DNA of 64,000 nt from an uncultured delta proteobacterium (GTDB taxonomy: Bacteria; Myxococcota_A; Polyangia; Haliangiales; Haliangiaceae): the NCBI GenBank assembly GCA_963848295.1, contig CAWKDB010000010.1:704001-768000 (forward strand), given 5' to 3'. A program made the position numbers and the translations under genes. Positions 54,250 to 64,000 of this stretch are shown in pieces (within the stretch, counting starts at the first letter, position 1; the number at the start of each line of letters is the position of its first letter). The notes below the pieces were generated by a model. That model worked only from the letters and a program-made list of their open reading frames with translations, made no database searches and had not been told where the DNA came from.

Positions 54250-55368
54250 CTACGGCGCGACCTCGGGCGCGGTCGATTGGCCCTGCCCCGGCGACGTCGA
54301 GACCTGGTCGCAGCGCACCCGTAACGGCGTGTCCGAGATCAGCGCGGCACCGAAGATCTTCTTCGCGAGGTCGTAGTCGTCGATCGGCGCGGACACGTGG
54401 CCCTGGACGAGCTGCCAGCGGCAGTTGTCGCCGGGACACGACGCCTTGCCATCGATCGGCCGGTCCTCGAACACGAAGGTGCCACGCAACCGCACGCGCG
54501 CGGGTGGCTCGCCCGGTCGAGTCGCCTGATCGGTGACGAACGTGCCGATCCAGTACGCGATCGTCGACTTGCCGGGCGCCCGCCCGACCGTGCCGATCCG
54601 GCGGCCCTCGTCGATCAGCCGGCTCTCGACGACGTGCGCCGCCGCGATCTCCACCGGACCGTGCCATTCGTCTTCCAGCTTGGGCCCGATCAAGAACGCG
54701 TCGGCGGGAATGGAGTCGGCCGCCGACACCTGATGCGTCAGCACCGGATCGACGACGCGCGACAAGTTATCGGCGAGGTCGGTCCAGTGGTTGACGATCG
54801 CGGACGGCACGGTCTTGCTGAGTGGCTGGCCCTCCGGAGATGGCGGCGGGGCGAACGACATGTGCTCGAACACGACGACCCAGCGATCGCCGTCGTGCGC
54901 GTAGAGCGCGGTGATCCGCAGCGGGATCACCGCGCTGCGGCCACACGTCGAGATCCGCCACGACAGCTCGTCGGACATCCACGCCGCCGGTACCTCCCCA
55001 CGCTTGCCTGCGAGATGGATCTCGAGGTGCTTGCTGCGGATCTCGGTCTGATCGCGATCGATGTCGAGTGGCCAGCGACCGGGCGGCCGCGTCGCGCCCT
55101 TGCGATCGTAGAGCACGTCGTCCGGTCCGACACCGATCCGCGCCCCCCCGACATCGCCGCCGATCATCGAGGTCTGGAAGTCGGGCGCCTCGTCGCGCTC
55201 GTAGCTCGACAAGATATCGTCCTTGAGCTCGGCGAGCATGCGGTCGCGGCGCTCGTCCTCGGTGTCGGCGCCGCTCGGGCTGATGTCGTGCAACACGGGC
55301 GGCGGCTTGGTCGTGCCGCACGCGGTGATGAACGCGAGTGCGAGCGCTGTCGCGTGCGTTTGGCTCAT
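54250..55368 (-). CDS. Hypothetical lipoprotein with two SnoaL/NTF2-like segments
   Basis: Lipobox FITAC; LRITALY...WVVVFEHMS and LRGTFVF...WQLVQGHVS. Confidence 0.7.
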   Translation of the reverse strand: MSQTHATALALAFITACGTTKPPPVLHDISPSGADTEDERRDRMLAELKDDILSSYERDEAPDFQTSMIGGDVGGARIGVGPDDVLYDRKGATRPPGRWPLDIDRDQTEIRSKHLEIHLAGKRGEVPAAWMSDELSWRISTCGRSAVIPLRITALYAHDGDRWVVVFEHMSFAPPPSPEGQPLSKTVPSAIVNHWTDLADNLSRVVDPVLTHQVSAADSIPADAFLIGPKLEDEWHGPVEIAAAHVVESRLIDEGRRIGTVGRAPGKSTIAYWIGTFVTDQATRPGEPPARVRLRGTFVFEDRPIDGKASCPGDNCRWQLVQGHVSAPIDDYDLAKKIFGAALISDTPLRVRCDQVSTSPGQGQSTAPEVAP

Positions 55369-55940
55369 CGCGCGGCCTCGAGCTCGGCTGGCGTATCGAT
55401 GTCGCGCACGCAACCGGGGTCGTCGACCGCGACATCGACCACATCGGCACCCGCGAGCACGACCCGCGCCGACGACTGCGCGCAACCCGCCAGCTCGCGC
55501 CACAGCGAGCGAGCGACGAGCGGCGGATGGCCACCGCGTCCGTGGTACGTGGGTCGCGCCGCCGAGTGCGACCCGATCGCGGCGGTGAGCGCACGCAGCG
55601 TCGCCGCGGTCACCGCCGGGTGATCGACCGGCCACAGCCAGGCGGCCTCGCCGGCGCGCAACGCGGCGAAGCCGAGCGCGATCGAGCTCGCCATCCCGCG
55701 TGCAGGCTCGGGGTTGACGATGACCTCGGCGCCGAGCTCGCGAGCGTGCCGCGCGACCTCATCGCCGAACGGAGGGCCGACGACGACGATCGCACCACCG
55801 CCGAGCTCGCGCACCGTGCCGAGGATCCGAGCCAAGAACGTCGCGTCATCGCGGACGAGCAACGCCTTCGCGACGCCGCCGAGCCGCGTGCCGGCCCCGG
55901 CCGCCAGCACGACCGCGGTCGGCCCAGACTCAGTCGCCAT
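55365..55940 (-). CDS. MocA-like molybdenum cofactor nucleotidyltransferase
   Basis: VVLAAGAGTRLGG..KALL, GMASSI, PVDHP, GHPP, DIDTP. Confidence 0.88.
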   Translation of the reverse strand: MATESGPTAVVLAAGAGTRLGGVAKALLVRDDATFLARILGTVRELGGGAIVVVGPPFGDEVARHARELGAEVIVNPEPARGMASSIALGFAALRAGEAAWLWPVDHPAVTAATLRALTAAIGSHSAARPTYHGRGGHPPLVARSLWRELAGCAQSSARVVLAGADVVDVAVDDPGCVRDIDTPAELEAAR

Positions 55941-56964
55941 CGCGCACCGGATAGGTCCAATCGCCCGACGACGCTCGGCCACGACGCCGCATCGCGATCA
56001 GCTCCGCCGCGATCGCGATCGCGATCTCCTCGGGCGTCTCCGCGCCGATGTCCAGGCCGACCGGTGCGTGCAGCCGCTTCCATCGCGCCGCGCCGACCTC
56101 GCCGTCGATCAACCCGCGCGCCTCGAGCCGTTTGCGAAACCGGCCGACCTTGCCGCGGCTGCCGATCATCCCGAGATAAGCGACATCGTCGCGGCCGACG
56201 AGCTGCTCGAGCAGGCGTTGATCGATCGCGTGATCGCGCGTCACGATCAGCACGTAGTCGTCGACCGTGAAGCTGCCGATCGCGCGCTCGACCTCGGCCG
56301 GATCGAACGACTCGATCACGCGCGCGGCCCAGCTCGGCGTCGGCAGGAGCGCGCCGGTCTCGCCGTCGTCGCACGCGATCACGTCGAAGTCGAGCTCGGC
56401 CAGCAGCGGACCGAGCGCGCGGCCGACGTGGCCGAGGCCGAACACGATCGCTCGCTCCGGCACGCCGATGACCTCGATCAGGTCGACGCCTTTGACGACC
56501 GGTTGGTGCAAGCGCGGATCGCCGGCGGCGGTGTCGCGCACGCTCAGTGGCCCACCGTCGAGCGGCGTGATCAGCGCGCGCGGCAGCTCGCTCGCCACCA
56601 ACGTCTCGAGCGCCGCCCGCGACGGCTCGGCCGGCGTGATCGCGACCTCCATCGCGCCGCCGCAACACATCGCGAGATCGCGCACGAGGTGCTGGCGCAC
56701 GACCCGGGCGGGCGCTCCATCGGCGACCTCGCGTGCCGCCGCGACGACGAGCGCCTCGATCCGGCCGCCGCCGATCGTGCCGAATTGCTCGCCGGCCGAG
56801 GTCACCGCCATCCGCGCGCCGAGATGGCGCGGCGTCGAGCCCTGCACGCCCGTCACCGCCGCGATCGCGACGCCCTGCCCGTTCGCGAGCGCGCGCAACG
56901 CGGCGCCGAAGACGTCGGTCCGAGCCATCTCGGACAGACTATAGCGGAGCGGCTTCGCCGTCAT
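55930..56964 (-). CDS. xdhC: XdhC/CoxI xanthine dehydrogenase accessory protein
   Basis: GSTPR..GARM, GTIGGG.IE, MCCGG, FGLGHVG, YLGMIGSR.K, PVGLDIGAETPEEIA. Confidence 0.9.
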   Translation of the reverse strand: MTAKPLRYSLSEMARTDVFGAALRALANGQGVAIAAVTGVQGSTPRHLGARMAVTSAGEQFGTIGGGRIEALVVAAAREVADGAPARVVRQHLVRDLAMCCGGAMEVAITPAEPSRAALETLVASELPRALITPLDGGPLSVRDTAAGDPRLHQPVVKGVDLIEVIGVPERAIVFGLGHVGRALGPLLAELDFDVIACDDGETGALLPTPSWAARVIESFDPAEVERAIGSFTVDDYVLIVTRDHAIDQRLLEQLVGRDDVAYLGMIGSRGKVGRFRKRLEARGLIDGEVGAARWKRLHAPVGLDIGAETPEEIAIAIAAELIAMRRRGRASSGDWTYPVRDGD

Positions 56965-57022
56965 TTATCCCCACCACCAACCCCGGCCTGTCGGTTCGCT
57001 TCCGCACTCCGCGCTTCGCGGC

Positions 57023-57799
57023 CTACCCGCGAATCGCCAGCACGTGGTCGACGACCTCGCGCAACCCGGCGCCCTCGGCCCGTTCCGTCAGGTACGCGGG
57101 CTTGAACGCGAGCTCATCCCACCACGCCTTGATATTCGCGACGCCGACGCTGGTCGGGAACCCTCCGAACATCGGCGCGTCGTTGAGCGCGTCGCCGACA
57201 TAGACGTAGGGTGCGAGGTCGTTCGCGTCGCCGTCGAGCACCTGGCGTACGACCGTCATGCACGCCGACAGCTTGTCGAAGTGCGGCGGCCCGAAGTTGA
57301 CGTGCACGCTCGACCGCACCGCGGTGAACCCGTGCTTGCGCAACAGCTTCACGCACATCTCGGCGTCCTCTGTCGACAGCGACGCCTCCTCGTTGTAGTC
57401 GATCGCGAGATCGACCTCGCGGTACTTCGAGTCGCTCGACAGATGCGCACCCGGCACCTTCGACATCACGTCGAGTACCGCATCGTTCATCCGCCGCCGC
57501 CACTCGGGCAAGCTCGCGGCCGGCACGCCGTAGAGCTTGCGCAGCCGCTTGCCCTCGCGCACGAACGTCACGCCGCCGTTCTCGCTGACGACCGCGAGCA
57601 CCGGCGTCATCTTCATCAACGCGAAGCCGAAGCCCGCGGGCCTTCCGGTGACCATGATCACCGGCACGCCGGCCTCGCCCAGACGCTCGAGCGCGGCATA
57701 GGTCTGAGCCTCGATGTGCTCGCCGGTCGTCATCGTGCCGTCGATATCGGAGAACAGCGCGCGCACCGGCCCGCGCATTTCGGAGAGAGGCCGCGACAT
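57023..57799 (-). CDS. HAD-IIB family hydrolase
   Basis: FSDIDGT, VTGR, SENG, YVGDALND. Confidence 0.9.
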   Translation of the reverse strand: MSRPLSEMRGPVRALFSDIDGTMTTGEHIEAQTYAALERLGEAGVPVIMVTGRPAGFGFALMKMTPVLAVVSENGGVTFVREGKRLRKLYGVPAASLPEWRRRMNDAVLDVMSKVPGAHLSSDSKYREVDLAIDYNEEASLSTEDAEMCVKLLRKHGFTAVRSSVHVNFGPPHFDKLSACMTVVRQVLDGDANDLAPYVYVGDALNDAPMFGGFPTSVGVANIKAWWDELAFKPAYLTERAEGAGLREVVDHVLAIRG

Positions 57800-57829
57800 C
57801 GGCGCGGGTCATAGCATAGTCTTCGCGCC

Positions 57830-58198
57830 ATGGTCGCAGCCCTCTCCGCCGACACGATGTCGCATCACAAGATCCTCATCATCACGACGCTGACGCCGCC
57901 ACCCGGCTTCGAGGTCGAGGCGATCCTTGGCCCTTGTTGGGGCATCACGGTGCGCTCGCGCTCGGTCGTCGGTCAGGCGTGCGCCGGCTGTCAGACGTTC
58001 GCGGGCGGCGAGATCACGGCGCTGACCAAGCTCGCGACCGACTCGCGCAACGAGGCGATGGATCGCCTCGAGCAGCACGCCATGGCGATCGGCGGCAACG
58101 CGGTGTTCGGCCTCCAATTCGACTCGGGCGAGCTCATGCAGAACACGAACGAGATCGTCGCGTACGGCACCGCGGTCAAGCTACGCAAGCTGAGCTAG
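57830..58198 (+). CDS. YbjQ/UPF0145 family protein
   Basis: GITVRSRS...GGE...SRNEAM.RL..HA...GGNAV...EIVAYGTAV. Confidence 0.9.
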   Translation: MVAALSADTMSHHKILIITTLTPPPGFEVEAILGPCWGITVRSRSVVGQACAGCQTFAGGEITALTKLATDSRNEAMDRLEQHAMAIGGNAVFGLQFDSGELMQNTNEIVAYGTAVKLRKLS

Positions 58199-58200
58199 CA

Positions 58201-58914
58201 ATGGTCTCGATTCCGGTCCCGATCCGGCCGCGCAAGCTAACGCACGATACGGCGCGCAAGCTTGATAGGCTGTCGGTGCGCGCGCATCGCTTTCATCGCT
58301 TCGCGCATCATCCGTTGTGCGATCGCTATGCCGGCGAGGTCGTCCGCTTCGGTCGAGTCCGACTGTGCCGCGGTTGCACGTTCGCGCTCGCGGGCGGCGT
58401 CATCGGTGGCGGCGCCGGACTCGCGCTCGGTGGATCGATCGCGATCGGGGTCGCGGCGATCGCGACTGCGACGCTCGTGCTTGTCGCCACGCTCTATCGC
58501 CGCGCTCGGGTTGCCAAGCTCGTGACTCGGTTCGTCCCCGCCGCGTTGTTCACACTCGCGATCACGTGCGGCGTGCTCGAGACGTCGCTCGCCGGTGCGA
58601 TGGTCGCGGCTTTCGCGGCGGCGGCCGTCGTTGGCTTGCGCATGCTCTACGGCCGGCGCGGGGCCGACCGATCCCCATGCACGTCATGTCCCGAACGCGA
58701 GCTATCGCCGTGCTCGGGGTTCGCGCCGATCGTGTTGCGCGAGCGCGCGTTTCAACGCGTGGCCGCGCGCTACTTAAGCGATCAAGCGCAGAGCCGTGTC
58801 ATCGACCGCGGCCGCAGCCGGGGTGCGAATCGAGCGATCGCGCTGGCGCGACAGCCAGTCCTCGAGATCGCTCTGGTTGAGCCGAACGATGCCGCCCACC
58901 TTGAACACAGGTAG
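58201..58914 (+). CDS. Hypothetical membrane protein with His/Cys motifs (3' end uncertain)
   Basis: FHRFAHHPLC..LCRGC, about 4 TM, CTSCPE...CSG. Confidence 0.65.
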   Translation: MVSIPVPIRPRKLTHDTARKLDRLSVRAHRFHRFAHHPLCDRYAGEVVRFGRVRLCRGCTFALAGGVIGGGAGLALGGSIAIGVAAIATATLVLVATLYRRARVAKLVTRFVPAALFTLAITCGVLETSLAGAMVAAFAAAAVVGLRMLYGRRGADRSPCTSCPERELSPCSGFAPIVLRERAFQRVAARYLSDQAQSRVIDRGRSRGANRAIALARQPVLEIALVEPNDAAHLEHR

Positions 58915-59010
58915 TGGATCATTCGCGCGCCGTGCCATGTACCGGCACCAACGCTCCGACCGCCCCAGCGCAGTGGCGATTCCCTTCCAGGTCTCGACAA
59001 AATTCGACAT
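58774..59010 (-). CDS. Small Xis/BldC-like helix-turn-helix protein
   Basis: GGAGG SD; WKGIATALGRSERW...LPVFKVGGIVRL...DLEDWL. Confidence 0.8.
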   Translation of the reverse strand: MSNFVETWKGIATALGRSERWCRYMARRANDPLPVFKVGGIVRLNQSDLEDWLSRQRDRSIRTPAAAAVDDTALRLIA

Positions 59011-59236
59011 CGGTCCTCCGTGACGCGGACATTGTGCAGCCCACGTGCCGGCCGGAGATCGCGCGCGCAAATCTAGTAACTTCAGGGTGTTAGTCGAAGT
59101 CACAGGGTGTCCAACAGCGACCAAGGATTAACACCCACCGACGCAAAAACTGACACAGTTGTCGCTAAATTTCCGCAGTGCCAAGCGTGCGCGCGGACCT
59201 GGCAGAACCGCAACCGCGCCAGTATCCTGAGCAAAC

Positions 59237-61117
59237 ATGCTCGGACATGAGCGGCGAACAGCCGCGGTCCTCTCGGCGGCCATGGTGGTGGCCCTGGCTA
59301 GCGTCGCGCACGCGGCACCGGAGATCTACCCGCTTGAAAAAGTGCACCGTGGGCAGACCGGCTACGGGATGACGACGATGGCCGGGACCGTGCCCGAGCG
59401 GTTCACGTTCGAGGTCGTCTCGGTCATGCACAACTTCCTGCCGAAGCAGGACATCATCCTGGTCAAGTCGGACGATCCGAAAGTCCAGCTCACCGGCTTC
59501 TGGCAGGGGATGTCGGGCAGCCCGCTGTTCATCGAAGACAAGCTGGCCTGCGCGTTCAGCTACGGGTTCCGGTTCAACAAGGTCGCGCTCGGCGGCTGCA
59601 CGCCGCTCCAGTACATGAAGCAGCGACGGTCTCGACTCGTTCCGCCGCGGCGTCGTGCAAGCGCAGAAGGGCGGCGGACCACGCGTGATCATGCCGGCGG
59701 CTTCGACGATGGCCGATTGGCAGCACTTGACCGGCACGGTCGATCCGCAAGCCGCGCTCGACGCGCTCGGACCGGCGCGCCGCAACTGGTTGCTATCGGC
59801 GCCGCTGCCGGCGGCGGTGCCCAAGCCCGGGCCGGTCGACGGCGAGACGATGACCGCATCGGTGCCGCTCGCGATCGCCGGGTTCTCGGCGCCCGCGTTC
59901 GCGCAGCTCGCGAAGGTGTTCGGTGATTCCGACGTCACGCCGATGCGCGCGGGCGGTGCCGGCGGGAGCACGACCGAAGCGGCGCCGGCGAAGCTCGTCA
60001 TGGGCGGCACGATCGCGGTGGAGCTGATCCGCGGCGATATGTCGGCCGCGGCGTTCGGCACGGTGTCCTACATCGACGGTGACAAGATCCTCGCGTTCGG
60101 GCATCCGATGTTCCAGACCGGCGAGACCTACGCACCGGTCGCGACCGCGATCACCCACACCGTGATCCCGTCGTCGCAGAGCGCGTTCTTGCTGGCTTCC
60201 GCCGGGGTCGAGGTCGGCTCGCTGATCCAGGATCGTCAAGCCGCGATCATGGCCGACACCAGCCTGCGCACGCACGACGATCCCGGTCGACATCAGATCG
60301 ACGAGCGCGAGCGGCAAGCACAGCGAGGCAGGCTCGTTCCACGTCGAGCTGCTCGACAACAAGTTCCTGACGCCGGCGATCGCGGGCGCGGCGGTGATGA
60401 ACGCGATCAACTACTACCTGCCCGATCGCGACGACGTCACCGCGCGGATCGAGTCGACCGTACGAATCAAGGGCGGCGAGCCGTTGACGTTCGTCGATTA
60501 CCTCTACGCGAACGACGGCGCAGCTTCGGTCATGGGCGCCGTGCGCGGCTTGCGCGTGCTCGTGCCGCTGCTTGCTCAACCCGTTCGGCCAGGTCGATAT
60601 CGAGCGCGTCGATCTCGAAGATCGACCTCAAGTTCGAAGCGAACTACGGCGAGCTCAAGGAGGTCAACGTGCCGACCGGCGAGCTCATCCCGGGCCAGCG
60701 CAACACGCTGCACGTCCACCTGCAGGGCTTCGACGGCAAGGACATCGACGAGGATCTGCCGGTCGACGTGCCCGAGAGCGTCGCGGGCGGAATCGTGCAG
60801 CTCGAGGTCGTGCGCCGGCGACGCCGCGAAGCTCGACGCCGCACCGCCGGTCGATCTGCCTTCGCTGATCGGCGCGTTCCGCAAGCTGTTGCCGGGCAAC
60901 GTGTGGTCGGCGACGATCTATCCCGCCGACGAAGGCGTCGCGCTCGACGGCAAGGTCGTCCGCGATTTGCCCCCGAGCGCGCTCGACAAGCTGCATCCGC
61001 AGAGCCGGAACTCAGCGCGCGCAGCCGTATCAAGTCCGCTCGCGCGCACGCTGTCGCCCGAGCAGGCGCGTGATCAACGGGTCGTCGACGATGTTCGTGC
61101 GAGTTCGAGCCAAGTAA
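59237..61117 (+). CDS. SpoIVB peptidase S55 domain protein, several apparent frameshifts
   Basis: GQTGYGMT, QGMSGSPLFI, GTVSYIDGD.ILAFGHP, G.LIQDRQAAI across successive frames. Confidence 0.8.
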
Positions 61118-61126
61118 GGAGCTACC

Positions 61127-63255
61127 GTGAAAGTTCTGTCGTCCTCGCTCGCTGCGGCGCTCGTCGCACTCGTCGCCTTGCCCGCCGATGCCGTCGTCAC
61201 CGCGACCTGGTCGGTCGAGACCTATCAGCAATTCGACGCCGGCGATGCGACGAACGCGTTCATCACCTCGACCGGCGAGCTCCGGCCCGGCTGGGAGACC
61301 AAGCGCACCGGCCTCGAGGGCGATGCGGTCTGGTCCGCGCTGCGACTCGCGGATGGTTCGCTCTTGCTCGGCAGCGATGTCGGCGGCGCGATCTATCGGG
61401 TGACCGATACGGGCCCGAAGAAGCTGGTCTCGCTCGACGGCGCGATCGCGGTCGTGTCGCTCGCGCAGACCAGCGATGGCGCGGTGTGGGCCGGCGCGAT
61501 GCCGGGCAACAAGCTATGGAAGGTCGATGTCGGCGCGGGCAGGGCCAGCGCGGGCCCGCAGCTCAAGGACACGGAGACCATCTGGTCGCTCGCCGCGCAC
61601 GGCGACACCGTCTACGCCGGCACCGGCCCGAACGGCAGGCTGTTCGCGATCAAGGGCGGCAGCGCGAAGACAGGTCGTCAGAGACCGACGACAAGCGGAT
61701 CACCGCGCTCGCGATCACCGACCGACGGCGCGGTGTGGATGGGGACGTCCGAGCGCGCGCTCGTGTTCCGCTACGATCCGAGAGACGGCAAGAGCCGCGC
61801 GATGGCCGACTTCGCCGGCAACGAAGTGACGGCGATCGCGCCGTATCGCGATGGCGTCGTCGTCGCGGCGAACGACCTCGCCGAGACACCGCTCCCGACC
61901 GGCAAGACGGCGACCCAGCTCGAGAGCGCGGAGAAGCCGACCGCCGCCAAAGGCCAGGCGATGAAGGCGCCCGATGCCGGCTCGAAGCCCGGCGCCGACA
62001 AGGATCCGCCGGCGGTCGCCGACCTCGGTCGCAAGGGCGCGAAGAAAGGCAAGGGCGCGTTGTTCCGCGTCGGCAACGACGGCCGCCTCGAGCAGCTGCA
62101 CGCCCTGACCGCGACGTACTTCACGTCGGTCGCGGTGTCGCCCGACGGCGCGATCTACGCCGGCGCCGCCGACAAGGGCCGGATCTACATGGTCGACAGC
62201 GACGGCGCGGTCGCGACCGCGTTCGACGTCGACGAGCGCGCCGTGTCGCAGCTGTGGTTCGATCGGAACTTGTTGTCGTTCACGACCGACGATGCCGCGG
62301 CGCTGTATCGCACGGTCGGCCGTGCATCGGCCGCGCGCTACGTCAGCGACGTGCTCGATGCGCAAGGCGGTCTCGCACTTCGGCAAGCTGACGTGGTCGA
62401 CCTCGGGCAAGGTCAAGCTCGAGACCCGCAGTGGCAACACCGCGAAGCCAGGCATCGGCTGGAGCGAATGGGTGGTGCCCCAGCAGATCGGGAAGCTCGG
62501 CGGCGGCAACGAGGGCGGCAAGATCGCGAGCCCGCCCGGGCGCTACTTGCAGTTCCGCGTCGCGCTCGACGACGATGCCGCGCGCGTTCGCCGCGTCTCG
62601 GCGTACTACGTGCCGCAAAACAGCCGCCACGCTGGTTCAGGACGTCACGGTCGAGCTCGCGACGAAAGAGACGATGCCGACGCTCAAGGATTCGGCCAGC
62701 AAGCCGCGCAGCCCGGTGTTGCGCGTGAAGTGGAAGATCGACAACCCGGACGGCGACGAGACGAGCTACACGCTCGAAGCGCGCCGCGACGGCGAGGCGA
62801 ACTGGCGGCCGATCGCGACCGGCAAGACGCCGCTGACCACGACACAGTGGGACTGGAACACCGAGACCTATCCTGACGGCTGGTATCGCGTGCGCGTGAC
62901 GTCGTCCGACGCCGACGCGAACTCGCCCGACCGCGCGCTGACCTCGACGGCGAGCTCGACGACGTTCGCGATCGATAACACGCGGCCCACGATCGACGGC
63001 TTGAAGATCAGCTACCCGAAGGCCACGGCGCGCGCCACCGATGCGATCTCGACGATCGCCGAGATGGCGTACTCGGTCGACGATGGACCGTGGCAGCTCG
63101 GTACGACGGCCGATGGGTTGTTCGATGATCAGAACGAAGATCTGCGTATCGACATCCCGACCGGTCTGCCACGAGGCACGCACACGCTCGCGGTGCGCGT
63201 CGCCGATTCGGCCGGCAACGTCGGCTCGACCTCGTCGACGTTCATCGTCAGGTAG
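61127..63255 (+). CDS. Beta-propeller plus Ig/FN3-like exported protein, apparent frameshifts
   Basis: AAGGAG SD, signal peptide, repeated WSL/YAGT blades, ETRSGNT..P..GWSEW, WNT...PDGWYR; typical partner of S55 proteins. Confidence 0.75.
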
Positions 63256-63273
63256 CTAGCCCCGAGGCGCCGG

Positions 63274-64000
63274 TCACGGGCCCCCGAGCATGCCGCCGAG
63301 CATGCCGGCGATCGTCAACAGCTGTTGCGGCGTGGCGATCACGTCGAGCTCGACGTCCGCATCGTGAGCGTCGATATCGACCTGCTCGAGCATCGACTTG
63401 GCCGCGCCGAGCTGCGGCTTCATCGTGGTCACGAGGTTCGTCGCTTCGGTCGCCGACACCAGCGCGAGCACGACCCGGAGCGTCAGCTTGTCGCCAACCT
63501 CCGCGTTCGCGATGATGTAGCGCGGTGTCGAACCGAGCAAGCCAGCGGCGGTCTTCGTCATGGTCTCGCCGTTGCCGTCGATCGCGAGCCACATCGTAGC
63601 CCCTACTTCGACGTGCGCGAAGATCGCGCCGAACGAGACCGAGCCGCGCAGCGGCGTGCCGCTCTCGAGCACGGCGTGAAAGCTCGCTGGCGTCGACTTC
63701 GCGCCCGTGACGATCACCGCGGTGTGCTCGTCGGCGAACCCGAGTATGCTCGTGACCCCGCCGCTCGTCGCGATCGCGAGGTCGCCGACGATGTGCGTCG
63801 TGCCGAGGTGGTATGCGGTGAAGCATGCGACGACGCGCGACCGATCCGGGCCGCGCATCACCGTGACCGTCGTCTGGTCGGTGGGAGCACCGTGGACCGC
63901 ACTCGCGATGCTGGCGATCGAGCCGAGGATCTCGTTCATGCACGGGACCTTGGTCATGCCGCTGATCCCTGGCTCGATCGTCGTCCACAGGGCGGTGCGG
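63274..64000 (-). CDS. Hypothetical protein, C-terminal part (frame open to window end)
   Basis: Open frame with typical codon bias. Confidence 0.6.
   Translation of the reverse strand, partial: RTALWTTIEPGISGMTKVPCMNEILGSIASIASAVHGAPTDQTTVTVMRGPDRSRVVACFTAYHLGTTHIVGDLAIATSGGVTSILGFADEHTAVIVTGAKSTPASFHAVLESGTPLRGSVSFGAIFAHVEVGATMWLAIDGNGETMTKTAAGLLGSTPRYIIANAEVGDKLTLRVVLALVSATEATNLVTTMKPQLGAAKSMLEQVDIDAHDADVELDVIATPQQLLTIAGMLGGMLGGP

Noticed and set aside
59237..63255. Multiple frameshifts in the S55 and beta-propeller genes (also near 19590, 33525, 33635, 43300-43400) as programmed frameshifting or pseudogenisation
   Set aside because: Scattered single-base indels, some compensating, with no slippery motifs or in-frame stops noticed. 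Long-read consensus error is the simpler explanation; needs reads to confirm.

Overview
A high-GC bacterial window. The MYXO-CTERM tails, Ser/Thr kinases, TSP3-OmpA and PEGA proteins suggest Myxococcota (Haliangiales/Kofleriaceae-like); this is an inference. Contents in order: (1) 1-12 kb, a hopanoid cluster (one-step squalene synthase, shc, hpnA, hpnG, hpnH) together with an Omp85-like barrel, a TPR lipoprotein, a PhnD-like binding protein, an Aur1/IPC-synthase-like enzyme, an MMPL transporter and a TetR with two candidate operators, which together resemble a BstABC-type lipid export route; (2) 12-23 kb, a secreted-protein operon with two BPI/LBP-like lipoproteins, a CehA/McbA-like metallohydrolase and a porin; (3) 23.1-24.5 kb, two divergent four-helix-bundle (IVP/Avd-like) genes, each preceded by a conserved ~190-nt covarying hairpin, with hexamer arrays alongside; (4) surface and signalling genes, a cytochrome/porin pair, hemH and ompA; (5) the prs-rplY-pth-rpsF-rpsR-rplI...dnaB core block, interrupted by an orphan gene flanked by two ~205-bp inverted, self-folding elements with compensatory base changes; (6) a nucleoside catabolism operon (deoC with a candidate microcompartment encapsulation peptide, deoA, punA, cdd, a deaminase), mocA/xdhC, and frameshifted S55-peptidase and beta-propeller genes. 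Many single-base frameshifts suggest long-read indel errors. No rRNA, tRNA, CRISPR array, transposase or reverse transcriptase was recognised. All family calls come from motif reading, not database searches.
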